Shown here: positions 1-12,866 of the stretch, piece after piece
How the letters are laid out: each line of letters starts with the position of its first letter
Position numbering within the stretch: the first letter of the stretch is position 1
Source of the DNA: an uncultured Mesorhizobium sp.
GTDB taxonomy: Bacteria; Pseudomonadota; Alphaproteobacteria; Rhizobiales; Rhizobiaceae
Length of the DNA stretch: 64,000 nt
NCBI GenBank assembly: GCA_963522145.1
Contig: CAUQXI010000016.1
Coordinates: 3,569 to 67,568 of the forward strand
Direction: 5' to 3'
Notes under the pieces: model-generated
What the model was told of the DNA's origin: nothing
The model's input: only the letters and a program-made list of their open reading frames with translations
Databases searched by the model: none
Made by a program: the position numbers and the translations under genes

Positions 1-1
1 G

Positions 2-652
2 GCGCGCAAATCGATGGTGATGGGCGCCTTCACCAATTACCGCCAGGGCAATTACGACGAGGCGGTCAACGGCGCCAAGCGCTATGTCCAGCTTTATCCA
101 TCCTCCGAGGATGCCGCCTATGCCCAGTATATCGTGGGCCTGAGTTATTTCCGCCAAATCCGCGACGTGACGCAGGATCAGAAGGAATCTCGCCGCGCGA
201 TCGAGGCCATGCAGGAAGTGATCACGCGCTGGCCCGACTCTGAATATGTCGACGATGCGCAGGAGAAGATCCGTTATGCGCGCGACCAGCTCGCCGGCAA
301 GGAGATGCAGGTCGGCCGCTATTATCTCGAGCGGCGCGAGTATCTCGCTTCCGTGAAGCGCTTCCGCTACGTGGTCGAGAACTACTCCAACACCCGACAT
401 GTCGAGGAAGCGCTCGCCCGCCTGACCGAGGCCTATTACGCGCTGGGCCTGACCCAGGAAGCGCAGGCCGCAGCCGCCGTGCTCGGCCAGAACTACCCCG
501 ACAGCCAGTGGTACAAGGACTCCTACAAGCTCCTGCAGACCGGCGGGCTTGAGCCGCGCGAAGGCGGCCTTGGATGGCTGGGCAAGGTGACGGGCCTGGG
601 CAGTTCGGACACGGGCGCCTATTCGCCTGCCAAGGGCCTGAAAGGGACCTGA
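2..652 (+). CDS. bamD: Outer membrane protein assembly factor BamD (5'-partial)
   Basis: TPR-like lipoprotein motifs ([50 protein letters not shown]); the frame is open to the window edge; directly upstream of recN-ligA. Confidence 0.93.
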   Translation, partial: ARKSMVMGAFTNYRQGNYDEAVNGAKRYVQLYPSSEDAAYAQYIVGLSYFRQIRDVTQDQKESRRAIEAMQEVITRWPDSEYVDDAQEKIRYARDQLAGKEMQVGRYYLERREYLASVKRFRYVVENYSNTRHVEEALARLTEAYYALGLTQEAQAAAAVLGQNYPDSQWYKDSYKLLQTGGLEPREGGLGWLGKVTGLGSSDTGAYSPAKGLKGT

Positions 653-742
653 GTCTGCGCGCCTGACGGCAAGCCGCGCAGAGATGCGGTGTGCGCCTCG
701 GCGGTCATTCCAAATCGGCTTGAGCTGTCCTAGATCAGCGTC

Positions 743-4938
<4,196 letters not shown>

Positions 4939-5050
4939 CATCCGCTTGAAGCATCGCTCAAGCGAATTAACCTGACGATGGGTCCGCGTTGATCTATGAG
5001 GACGTGCCGCTGTCGCGGCGGTCGCGCTCCGGGTAGTCACTCAACCTTCC

Positions 5051-5776
5051 ATGACGGTTCGTTTTTCCACGATGACGGAGCCGGGTTCGGCCCGGGAGTT
5101 CCTGCGCGGCGTGCGGACGAGCCTGCCGATCATCGTGGCGATCTTCCCGTTCGGGCTTCTGTTCGGGGCGGTGGCGGTGCAGAACGGCCTGAGCGTTTTC
5201 GAAGCCGCGCTCATGAGCGGCACGCTCTATGCCGGAGCGAGCCAGCTGGTCGGGCTTGAACTGTTCAACCAGCGGATTTCGCCAGCGCTCGTGGTGTTTT
5301 CGATTTTCGCCGTGAACTTCCGTCACGTGCTCTACTCGGCCGCGACGGGCAGGCTCGTGCGGCATTGGTCCGGGATGCAGAAGGCGATCGGCCTCTTCTT
5401 TCTCACCGATCCGCAGTTCGCTCAGACCGAGCGGGAGAATGACAGCGGGCATCCTCTGAGCTTTGCCTGGTATATGGGGCTCGGCCTGATCATGTGGTCG
5501 ACCTGGATCATCGAGACGGTGATCGGTGCCCTGTTCGGGAAGTTGCTGCCAGATGCCCATGCGAGCGGCCTCGATTTCCTCCTGCCGATCTACTTCCTCG
5601 GCCTGGTGATGGGTTTCAGGAAACGCCCTTTATGGCTGCCGGTGGTCATCGCCAGTGCAGCGGCATCCATGGCGGCCTATCGCATCGTCGGCTCCCCATG
5701 GCACGTCTCGCTGGGCGCGATTGCAGGTGTGGCAGTCGCCGTTCTCTCGACGGCGGAAAGCGGACAATCGACATGA
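5051..5776 (+). CDS. azlC: AzlC-family branched-chain amino acid exporter subunit
   Basis: PFGLLFG, YAGASQL and VNFRHVLYS motifs; multiple TM segments. Confidence 0.88.
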   Translation: MTVRFSTMTEPGSAREFLRGVRTSLPIIVAIFPFGLLFGAVAVQNGLSVFEAALMSGTLYAGASQLVGLELFNQRISPALVVFSIFAVNFRHVLYSAATGRLVRHWSGMQKAIGLFFLTDPQFAQTERENDSGHPLSFAWYMGLGLIMWSTWIIETVIGALFGKLLPDAHASGLDFLLPIYFLGLVMGFRKRPLWLPVVIASAAASMAAYRIVGSPWHVSLGAIAGVAVAVLSTAESGQST

Positions 5777-6069
5777 GCGGCACATTGCTCATCATCGTCG
5801 GCGGCGCGGTTGTCACCTATCTCACGCGCGTCGGCGGGCACCTCGTTCTGTCACGCTTCGATCATGTCTCTCCGCGTGTGGAACGTGCGCTGGACTCGGT
5901 GCCGGCGGCGGTGCTCACGACGCTCGTGGCGCCCGCGACCCTCAGTGCCAGCCCGGCCGAACTGGCCGCACTTGCGGTTGCCGCGCTTGTCTCGCTCCGA
6001 TGGGGACCGATGGCGATGTTCCTGGCAGGCGTCGCGGTGCTGATCGCTTTTCGCCAGTTGGTCGGCTGA
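5773..6069 (+). CDS. azlD: AzlD-family small exporter subunit
   Basis: ATGA overlap with the azlC stop; TYLTR and VPAAVL motifs; 98 aa, hydrophobic. Confidence 0.85.
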   Translation: MSGTLLIIVGGAVVTYLTRVGGHLVLSRFDHVSPRVERALDSVPAAVLTTLVAPATLSASPAELAALAVAALVSLRWGPMAMFLAGVAVLIAFRQLVG

Positions 6070-6114
6070 GGGATCAGCTCGGCTGCGCCGACGCGCCGGC
6101 CGGAGCGTTTCCGA

Positions 6115-7941
6115 TCAAAGCTCGGCGGTCGCCTTCTCCAGCCATTTCAGAACTTCGCCGTCAACCGTCGGGCCGATCTCCGCCAGCACGCGGGCGTGAT
6201 AGGCGTTCAGCCAGTTGCGTTCTTCCGCCGTGAGAAGCTCAGGCACGACCAAGCGACCGTCGATGGGCGCAAGGGTTAGCGTTTCGAAGCCGTGCATGGG
6301 AATGTCGCCGCCCTCGACCGCCGCCGGCTCCTCGACGAGGATCAGATTCTCGATGCGGATGCCGTATTCGCCTTCCTTGTAATAGCCCGGCTCGTTGGAC
6401 AGGATCATGCCGGTGCGCAGTCGCTCCGTTCCGGTTCGTGCGATACGCTGCGGGCCTTCATGGACGGCCAGGAACGAGCCGACGCCGTGACCGGTGCCAT
6501 GCGCATAATCGAGCCCGCGCTTCCAAAGCGCCAGCCGCGCTATGGCATCGATGTCCGAGCCGCGCGTGCCGGCTGGGAAGCGCAGGATCGAAATGTTGAT
6601 CATGCCCTTGAGGACAAGGGTGAAGCGCTCTCGCATCTCGTCGGTCGGCCGGCCGATCGCCACCGTGCGGGTTACGTCAGTGGTTCCGTCCTGATACTGC
6701 GCGCCCGAATCGAGCAGAAACAGTTCGCCATCGCTCAGCCGCCGGTTCGTTCCGCGCGACACGCGATAATGCATGATGGCGCCGTTCGGCCCGGCGCCTG
6801 CGATGGTGGCGAAGGATACGTCACGCAGCGGCATCTGCGCCTGCTCGCCCGCGACGCGGCGGAACTCCTCAAGTGACGAGACGGCTGCGATCTCGTCCAG
6901 CGATCCGGCCTTCTGACTGTCGAGCCAGCAGAGAAAGCGGACGAGCGCGGTGCCGTCCCGCCGGTGAGCGGCACGCGTGCCCGCGATCTCGCCGGCGTTC
7001 TTGGTCGCGCGCGGGATGCGGGCGGGGTCGGGCATGAGGACGACCGTGCCGCCTTCATCCTCGATCAAGGCGCGCAGACGGTCAGGTGCGAGAACAGGAT
7101 CGAGGCCGATCCGCGCCCCCCCTCGTGCAAGGCCGGCGAGCTTTTCTTCCAGCGCTTCCGCCGGAGAAAGGTCGGCCAGTTGCGTGAGATAGGCGCGGGG
7201 CTCGATCGCCAGCTTGCGCTCGTCGATAAAGAGCGTCGGCAGCCCTTCGCGCGCGAGAAGCGCGAAGCAGAGCGCCAGCGGCGTGTGGGGCACGTCGCCG
7301 CCACGGATGTTGAAGGCCCAGGCGACGGAGGATGGGTCGGTCAGCACGAAATGGGTCGCGTCCTCTGCCTCGAGCGCTTCGGAGAGGCCGGCGAGCTTAT
7401 CCTGCGCCATCGCGCCCGCTAGTGCATTCGGCTGGATGGTGACCGGCTCGGATGGGGGGGAAGGGCGTTCGTCCCAAAGGAGCGAGATCGGGTTCTCAGC
7501 AACGGCCACGAGCTCGACGCCTCGCTTTTCGCCCGCAGCGCGCAGCTTCCTCACCTCCGAGATCGTGTGCAGCCAGGGGTCGAAGCCGATGCGTGCATGC
7601 CCGCGCAGGTTCTCGGCGATCCAGGACGGAGGCGGATTGTCGATCAAGCTCTCGATCGTGAAGATGCCGGTGTCCACCTGATGCCGCGCCTGAAGCGTGT
7701 AGCGGCCGTCGACAAACACCACAGCGCGATCGGCCAGCACCAGCGCCGCGCCCGCCGAGCCGGAAAAGCCCGTCAGCCAATGGAGGCGCTCGGAAGCGGC
7801 GGCGACATACTCCCCCTGATGCTCGTCGGCGCGCGGCACCAGGAAGCCGTCGAGCTTCTCCCTCGCCATCCAGTCGCGCAGGCGCGCCACGCGGCCGGCA
7901 CCCAGGCTAGGGTCGCTCTCGGCATCGAAGGACTGGAACAT
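6115..7941 (-). CDS. Xaa-Pro aminopeptidase (aminopeptidase P, M24B)
   Basis: DSGAQYQDGTTDVTRT, HGTGHGVG..L.VHEGP, SNEPGYY, GIRIEN; start MFQSF at 7941. Confidence 0.93.
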   Translation of the reverse strand: MFQSFDAESDPSLGAGRVARLRDWMAREKLDGFLVPRADEHQGEYVAAASERLHWLTGFSGSAGAALVLADRAVVFVDGRYTLQARHQVDTGIFTIESLIDNPPPSWIAENLRGHARIGFDPWLHTISEVRKLRAAGEKRGVELVAVAENPISLLWDERPSPPSEPVTIQPNALAGAMAQDKLAGLSEALEAEDATHFVLTDPSSVAWAFNIRGGDVPHTPLALCFALLAREGLPTLFIDERKLAIEPRAYLTQLADLSPAEALEEKLAGLARGGARIGLDPVLAPDRLRALIEDEGGTVVLMPDPARIPRATKNAGEIAGTRAAHRRDGTALVRFLCWLDSQKAGSLDEIAAVSSLEEFRRVAGEQAQMPLRDVSFATIAGAGPNGAIMHYRVSRGTNRRLSDGELFLLDSGAQYQDGTTDVTRTVAIGRPTDEMRERFTLVLKGMINISILRFPAGTRGSDIDAIARLALWKRGLDYAHGTGHGVGSFLAVHEGPQRIARTGTERLRTGMILSNEPGYYKEGEYGIRIENLILVEEPAAVEGGDIPMHGFETLTLAPIDGRLVVPELLTAEERNWLNAYHARVLAEIGPTVDGEVLKWLEKATAEL

Positions 7942-8006
7942 AAACGGCTCCTCGCAACTCAAGTTCAAACGCTAGCCGCGCGGCCGCGTTCGCGCAACAA
8001 ACGCGC

Positions 8007-8876
8007 TCAGCGTTTCAGATGGATCGTCACCCAGCCTTCGCGCGAGATGGTGCGGACATGCCGGAAGCGCTGTCCGACAAAGGCTGCGATCACGGCCATG
8101 CGCTGGCGGTCGAGAATGCCCGACAGGATGACCGAGCCGCCGGGGCTGAGATGACGTGCGAAATCCGGCGCCAGTCTCATCAGCGGGCGCGCCAGGATGT
8201 TTGCGACAATGAGGTCGAACGGCGCGCGTGCCGCGACCTCGCGGTGCGCGAAGCCGGTGGCGACAACCGTGCGAACCGCCGCCCCCGCGCCGTTCAGCAC
8301 AACATTCTCGGCTGCGACCCGCACGGCGACCGGATCGATATCCGTTGCCAGCACGGGGACGTGGCAGAGCTTGGCGATGCCGATCGCGAGAACGGCGCTT
8401 CCCGTGCCGAGGTCGAGCGCGTGGCGCGGGCGCTCGACGCGAGCGACGCGAGCGATGGTCTCGAGGCAGCCGGCGGTGGTGCCGTGATGGCCAGTGCCGA
8501 ACGCCTGTCCGGCCTCAATCTCGATCCCGAGATCGGACGGACGGCGGTGGGGGCGGTCGTGCGCTCCGTGAACGAGGAAGCGGCCTGCGCGCACGGGCTT
8601 CAGGCCTTCCAGCGAGCGTGACACCCAGTCGATGTCCGGCAGCACCTCCCGCTCGATCGTCGAGGTGATGCCTACGCTGGCGAGCGCCGCCTGCATCAAG
8701 GCGTCGATCCGCTCCGGCTCCTCCTCGACATAGACTGCGAGTTCCGCGAGCGGCTCCTCTTCCGGCTCGCGGATGGCAAGCGGCAGGCCTCCCTCCTCCA
8801 GCGCAAGATCAAGCGCGGCGAAAGCGGCCCGGGCCTGCTGCCGGGGAACGGTGAGGAACAGGCGCGTCGCGCTCAT
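8007..8876 (-). CDS. prmA: 50S ribosomal protein L11 methyltransferase
   Basis: GQAFGTGHHGTT, LDLGTGS, ANILA, LSGIL. Confidence 0.93.
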   Translation of the reverse strand: MSATRLFLTVPRQQARAAFAALDLALEEGGLPLAIREPEEEPLAELAVYVEEEPERIDALMQAALASVGITSTIEREVLPDIDWVSRSLEGLKPVRAGRFLVHGAHDRPHRRPSDLGIEIEAGQAFGTGHHGTTAGCLETIARVARVERPRHALDLGTGSAVLAIGIAKLCHVPVLATDIDPVAVRVAAENVVLNGAGAAVRTVVATGFAHREVAARAPFDLIVANILARPLMRLAPDFARHLSPGGSVILSGILDRQRMAVIAAFVGQRFRHVRTISREGWVTIHLKR

Positions 8877-8882
8877 CGCCCG

Positions 8883-9476
8883 TCAGCCTTCGGTGGCGAG
8901 GCGCTTGAGCTTGGCGACCGCCGAGGCGCCATTTTCCCCATAGGCGATGGTGCCCTCGAAATCACCGTCGGCTCCGAGCAGCAGCACGGAGGCGGTGTGG
9001 TCCATGGTGTAGTCGCCGCCTTCGAGTGGCACCTTCCGCGCATAGATGCCGAAGCTCTTGACCACCGATGCGATCTCGTTCGGCTGGCCGGTGATCGGCG
9101 TGATGCGATCCGACACGTTGCTCACATAGGCGTCCATGATCTCCGGCGTGTCGCGTTCCGGATCGACGGACACGAAATAGGCGCGGACGGCCTTGCCCTC
9201 ATCGCCGAGCTCTTTCAGCCAGCCATCCATCTCGGCCAGTGTTGTCGGGCAGACTTCGGGGCAGTGAGTGAAGCCGAAGAAGACCGCGGAGGGGTGCCCG
9301 CGGAACGCGGCTTCGGTGATCGGCTGGTTCTTGCCGTCCACCAGCGTGAACGGCGCGCCGAAAGGCTGGCTGCCCGATCCCTGCCAACGCTGCACACCAA
9401 TGACGCCGATGGCGGCGCCCATCAAAACAGCGATGCCGATCAGGATGATGCGCATGATCATGACGATGAACCGCAA
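8883..9476 (-). CDS. SCO1/SenC family copper chaperone
   Basis: FGFTHCPEVCP (CxxxC), DPERDT, YTMDH; N-terminal TM anchor; exact start uncertain. Confidence 0.92.
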   Translation of the reverse strand: MRFIVMIMRIILIGIAVLMGAAIGVIGVQRWQGSGSQPFGAPFTLVDGKNQPITEAAFRGHPSAVFFGFTHCPEVCPTTLAEMDGWLKELGDEGKAVRAYFVSVDPERDTPEIMDAYVSNVSDRITPITGQPNEIASVVKSFGIYARKVPLEGGDYTMDHTASVLLLGADGDFEGTIAYGENGASAVAKLKRLATEG

Positions 9477-9495
9477 AAGAAGGTGGAATGGAAAA

Positions 9496-9645
9496 TCACA
9501 GGCACCAAGCGAGAGCGGACCCGCTCAGCGCCTGAAGCATCGCCGCGCCGTGCGTGATCCAGAGCGCGAAACCCGCGCCTGCCATCGCCGCTGCTGCGGC
9601 AAGCCCGGCAGCCAGGACAATCAAGGGGGTCGGCGCGGCATGCAT
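9496..9645 (-). CDS. Small hydrophobic hypothetical protein (49 aa)
   Basis: MHAAPTPLIVLAAGL...ALWITHGAAMLQALSGSALAWCL; TM-like; co-oriented just upstream of the SCO gene; resembles small Rhizobiales proteins ending L(A)WC[FL] (from recall). Confidence 0.55.
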   Translation of the reverse strand: MHAAPTPLIVLAAGLAAAAAMAGAGFALWITHGAAMLQALSGSALAWCL

Positions 9646-9796
9646 GATGCATGAGATAGCGGCTTTCTCCGGGCGGTGCAAAGGCGGAGGCGCGCGACGC
9701 AATGGGGTAGGGGTGCGGCTCTTGTTCACGTGTCTCCTGCATCCCATTTCGGCGTTCATGCGTTCTCACGCGCTGTTCATGCTTGAAGGTGCTGCC

Positions 9797-10285
9797 ATGT
9801 TGCTTCGTTTCGCCGCTGCCGCTTGTGTTCTGCTGGGTGCAACCATCATGCCCGCAGTTGCCGAGGAAGTCGGCGAGGTGGGCGTGGACTGGACGGGCAA
9901 CGACTTCATCGTGGAAGCCCTGACCGACCCAGACGTGCAGGGCGTCACCTGTCACGTTTCCTACTTCGAGCGCGGGGTGATCGACCGGCTGCGCAAGGGA
10001 GGCTGGTTCGAGGACCCATCCGACTCGTCCATTGCCTGCCGGCAGACCGGGCCGATCACGGTCGGCGACATCGACCTGTCCAAGGATGGCGAGGAGGTCT
10101 TCAACGAAGGCATCAGCCTGATTTGGAAGCAGCGTGTCGTGAACCGGATCTACGACCGCAAGAACGACACGCTGGTTTATCTTTCGCACACGCGCCAAGT
10201 GAAGGATGGTTCGGCCAAGATGTCGATTTCCACCGTGCCACTGTTCAACCAGCAGGTGACCTGGACGGAAGGAAAACCGAAGTAA
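9797..10285 (+). CDS. creA: CreA family exported protein
   Basis: Signal peptide; DPDVQGVTCHVS, SIACRQTGPI, RIYD..NDTLVYL; RBS gaaggt. Confidence 0.88.
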   Translation: MLLRFAAAACVLLGATIMPAVAEEVGEVGVDWTGNDFIVEALTDPDVQGVTCHVSYFERGVIDRLRKGGWFEDPSDSSIACRQTGPITVGDIDLSKDGEEVFNEGISLIWKQRVVNRIYDRKNDTLVYLSHTRQVKDGSAKMSISTVPLFNQQVTWTEGKPK

Positions 10286-10331
10286 GACAGGCGCCATTGC
10301 GCGGCTTGGGTGCCGCGCATAAAGCCGGGAC

Positions 10332-10988
10332 ATGAACGCGTCCGTGCAGCCCGACGACCTACAATTTCGAGATGGCGAGCCGCGCATCCACCCCACGGCC
10401 GAGCTGAAATCCTGCAAGCTCGGCCGTTATGCTGCGGTGGGCGCCCGCGCCATCCTGCGCGATGTCGTGGTCGGCGACTTTTCTTATTTCGAGCCGGATG
10501 CGGAGGCGATCTACACGACGATCGGCCGCTTCTGCTCGATCGCCCGCCACTCGCGGATCAACGCGCTCGAGCATCCGATTGAGCGCGTCACCAGCCACAA
10601 GATCAGCTATCGTCCCAACGAATATTTCCGTTTTCTGGGCGTGGCCAGCGCATTCCGCACGCGGCGGCAAGCAAAGCGCGTGACCATCGGCCACGACGTC
10701 TGGATCGGGCATGGCGCGGTAATCCTGCCGGGCGTGTCGGTCGGCATCGGGGCGGTGATCGGCGCGAATGCGGTGGTAACGCGCGATGTTGAGCCCTTCG
10801 CCATCGTTGTGGGCGCACCAGCGCGCGTGATCCGCATGCGCTTTCCGCCGGAGATCGTTGCGCGCATCGAGCGCTCCCGCTGGTGGGACTGGCCGCTCGA
10901 CCACCTCGCCGAAGCCATTCCAGACATGCAGAACCTGCCGATCGAGGCATTTCTCGATCGATGGGAGGGACGCGTCGCGGAAACTTAA
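10332..10988 (+). CDS. Hexapeptide-repeat (CatB/Vat-like) acetyltransferase
   Basis: [41 protein letters not shown]. Confidence 0.85.
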   Translation: MNASVQPDDLQFRDGEPRIHPTAELKSCKLGRYAAVGARAILRDVVVGDFSYFEPDAEAIYTTIGRFCSIARHSRINALEHPIERVTSHKISYRPNEYFRFLGVASAFRTRRQAKRVTIGHDVWIGHGAVILPGVSVGIGAVIGANAVVTRDVEPFAIVVGAPARVIRMRFPPEIVARIERSRWWDWPLDHLAEAIPDMQNLPIEAFLDRWEGRVAET

Positions 10989-11044
10989 TGCCGCAGCGTT
11001 ATGCGAATGGAGTGGTGATTCTCGTCTAGGCGGAGTTGAAACGG

Positions 11045-11620
11045 ATGGAGTGGAAGTCCGAACTGTTGCGGATCCTGTTCGGCGAAGAGGAAACGCAGGC
11101 CTTTCTCTTCTACTTCGAAATCGTTCTGCGCACCGGCGTGATGTACGGCTACACCTTGTTTCTCACCCGAATGGTGGGACAGGGCGGCATCGGGCAGATC
11201 GGACCGTTCGAGTTCGTGCTGGTGATCGCGGTGGGATCGGCCGCAGGCGATCCGATGTTCTATCCCGAGGTCGGTCTGGCGCAGGGCATCCTCGTCATCA
11301 CCGTCGTGATCCTTCTGCACCGCTTCACGGGATTCATCGTGTCGCGCTTTCGCAATCTCGAAGATGCGATCGAGGGAAGTCCGCTGCTTGTCGTGTGTGA
11401 AGGCAAGATCCAGGAGGAACGGCTGGGATCGGGGACACTCACGGAGCGTGAGTTGATGGCCCTGCTTCGCTTGAGCGATGTGCGCGACACGGGCGAAGTC
11501 GAGTGCGCGTTCTTCGAGCCAAATGGCAGGCTGAGTGTCTTCCGCTACCCCGAAGACAAGCGCCGAAGTATTCGCCCTACGATCCCGGACGACGCTGCCG
11601 AGCGCTTCTCGCATCGCTGA
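11045..11620 (+). CDS. DUF421/YetF-family membrane protein
   Basis: Three TM segments, IAVGSAAGD, IEGSPLLVV..GKI, ELMALLR, FEPNGRLSV. Confidence 0.82.
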   Translation: MEWKSELLRILFGEEETQAFLFYFEIVLRTGVMYGYTLFLTRMVGQGGIGQIGPFEFVLVIAVGSAAGDPMFYPEVGLAQGILVITVVILLHRFTGFIVSRFRNLEDAIEGSPLLVVCEGKIQEERLGSGTLTERELMALLRLSDVRDTGEVECAFFEPNGRLSVFRYPEDKRRSIRPTIPDDAAERFSHR

Positions 11621-11626
11621 AATGAA

Positions 11627-11653
11627 GAGGCCCTCCGAGAAAGAGAGGGCCTC
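11627..11653. terminator. Stem-loop between convergent genes
   Basis: gaggccctc (11627-35) / gagggcctc (11645-53) inverted repeat; no strong U-tract. Confidence 0.55.
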
Positions 11654-11684
11654 CTGCAGTCAAGCCTGTGCGGCTTAGAGGTTG

Positions 11685-12716
11685 TCAGCGCTGGCCGCCG
11701 GCGCCCGACTTCGCCACCGTGGCACCCGTATCTGAGCCCAGTCCGGTCGAGGCGGTGGAAATCGTGGAACGATCCACGCTAACATCGCTCGTGTTCAAAC
11801 CGCCCGAGAATGTGTTGCCCGTGCCGGACTGGCTCTTCACGCGCAGATTGTTCTGCACATGGCTGACTCCGGAAACGCCTTCGGCAACGTCCTCGGCGCG
11901 CCGCTTGGCATTGCGGTCGCTTACCGTACCGCTCAACGTCACTTCGCGATCCTTCACGGTCACATCGACATCAGAAGCGTCGAGCCAGCCGTCATCGGTC
12001 AGCTTGTCATTGATGTCATCGCGAATGCGATCGTCGGAGCGGGAGTAGTTCTTCGGACCGCGCCCGCGATGCTGGTCCGCCTCACGACGGCGCTCGGCAT
12101 CACGATCGCCGAACCACGACGACACTTCGTCGCTCGCCTTGTCCCAGAAGCCGCGTCGGCCTTCCTCGCTGTAGCCGCGCTCGCTGCCGCCATAGGACTG
12201 CCCGCCGCCCGACCAGCGTGACCCGCCGGCCTGATTGCCGTAGCCGTAGTCGCCGCGATTGCCTTCGCCTGCGCCGAAGGTCGAGCCGTAGCTTTCGCCA
12301 TAGCCGCGATTGCCCAGGTTGCCGCCGAAATTACGCGATCCGTAGTCTCCGGCAGCGCCGCGGCTGGAATAGTTGTCGCGATCACCACCGAAGCCGTGGG
12401 CGCGCTCACCGAAAGGCCGGCTGCCTCGCGACCATTCATCGTAACCGCCGCCACCCTGGCGATCACCACTGAAGCCGCCCGCACCGCGAAAGCCGTACTC
12501 CTCGCGATTGCCGCCGCCGAAACCGCCGCGCTGGCCGTGGTTGCGATCGCCATAGCCGCGATCCTCGTAGCCGCGGTCATTATTGTTGTCCCGGAAGTTC
12601 CCGGTCTCACGACCGCTGCGGTTGCTGTCACCGAAGCCGCGCTCCGAACCGCGATTACTGTCTTCATTTCGGAAGTTGTCGCGACCATAGTCGCGATCGT
12701 TGCGATTGCCGTCCAT
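11685..12716 (-). CDS. BON-domain protein with SWFGD motif and G/R/Y/D-rich low-complexity N-terminus
   Basis: WDKASDEVSSWFGD; HRGRGPKNY.RSD.RI; BON domain VTLSGTV...AEGVSGVSHVQNNLRV; RBS gggag. Confidence 0.88.
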   Translation of the reverse strand: MDGNRNDRDYGRDNFRNEDSNRGSERGFGDSNRSGRETGNFRDNNNDRGYEDRGYGDRNHGQRGGFGGGNREEYGFRGAGGFSGDRQGGGGYDEWSRGSRPFGERAHGFGGDRDNYSSRGAAGDYGSRNFGGNLGNRGYGESYGSTFGAGEGNRGDYGYGNQAGGSRWSGGGQSYGGSERGYSEEGRRGFWDKASDEVSSWFGDRDAERRREADQHRGRGPKNYSRSDDRIRDDINDKLTDDGWLDASDVDVTVKDREVTLSGTVSDRNAKRRAEDVAEGVSGVSHVQNNLRVKSQSGTGNTFSGGLNTSDVSVDRSTISTASTGLGSDTGATVAKSGAGGQR

Positions 12717-12764
12717 GAAAGTCTCCCTTCACTGGTGTGTTGTTACCCCACCACCTGAAAAGAG

Positions 12765-12789
12765 AACGCTTCCCTCAAGCGAGGGTTCC
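12765..12789 (-). promoter_or_regulatory. EcfG/RpoE2-type general stress promoter of the BON gene
   Basis: GGAAC-cctcgcttgagggaag(16)-CGTT on the minus strand, about 50 bp upstream of the ATG. Confidence 0.75.
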
Positions 12790-12866
12790 CGCTCTTGAGG
12801 AGAGCCCGAGAGAGCTTCCACTGCTGCCGCACTCTTGCAACTCGACACGGTCGGGTTCCCCGAACC

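Noticed and set aside
10332..10988. Acquired chloramphenicol or streptogramin resistance gene
   Set aside because: Only the hexapeptide fold is evident. The context is chromosomal with no mobile element, and the substrate cannot be assigned.
10979..11000. EcfG promoter for the DUF421 gene (GGAAAC...CGTT)
   Set aside because: The spacer is only 12-13 nt, outside the 16-17 nt consensus.
11685..12716. Repetitive DNA as a possible CRISPR array or tandem repeat
   Set aside because: The repeats are degenerate, in-frame peptide units with no fixed repeat-spacer period, and there are no cas genes.
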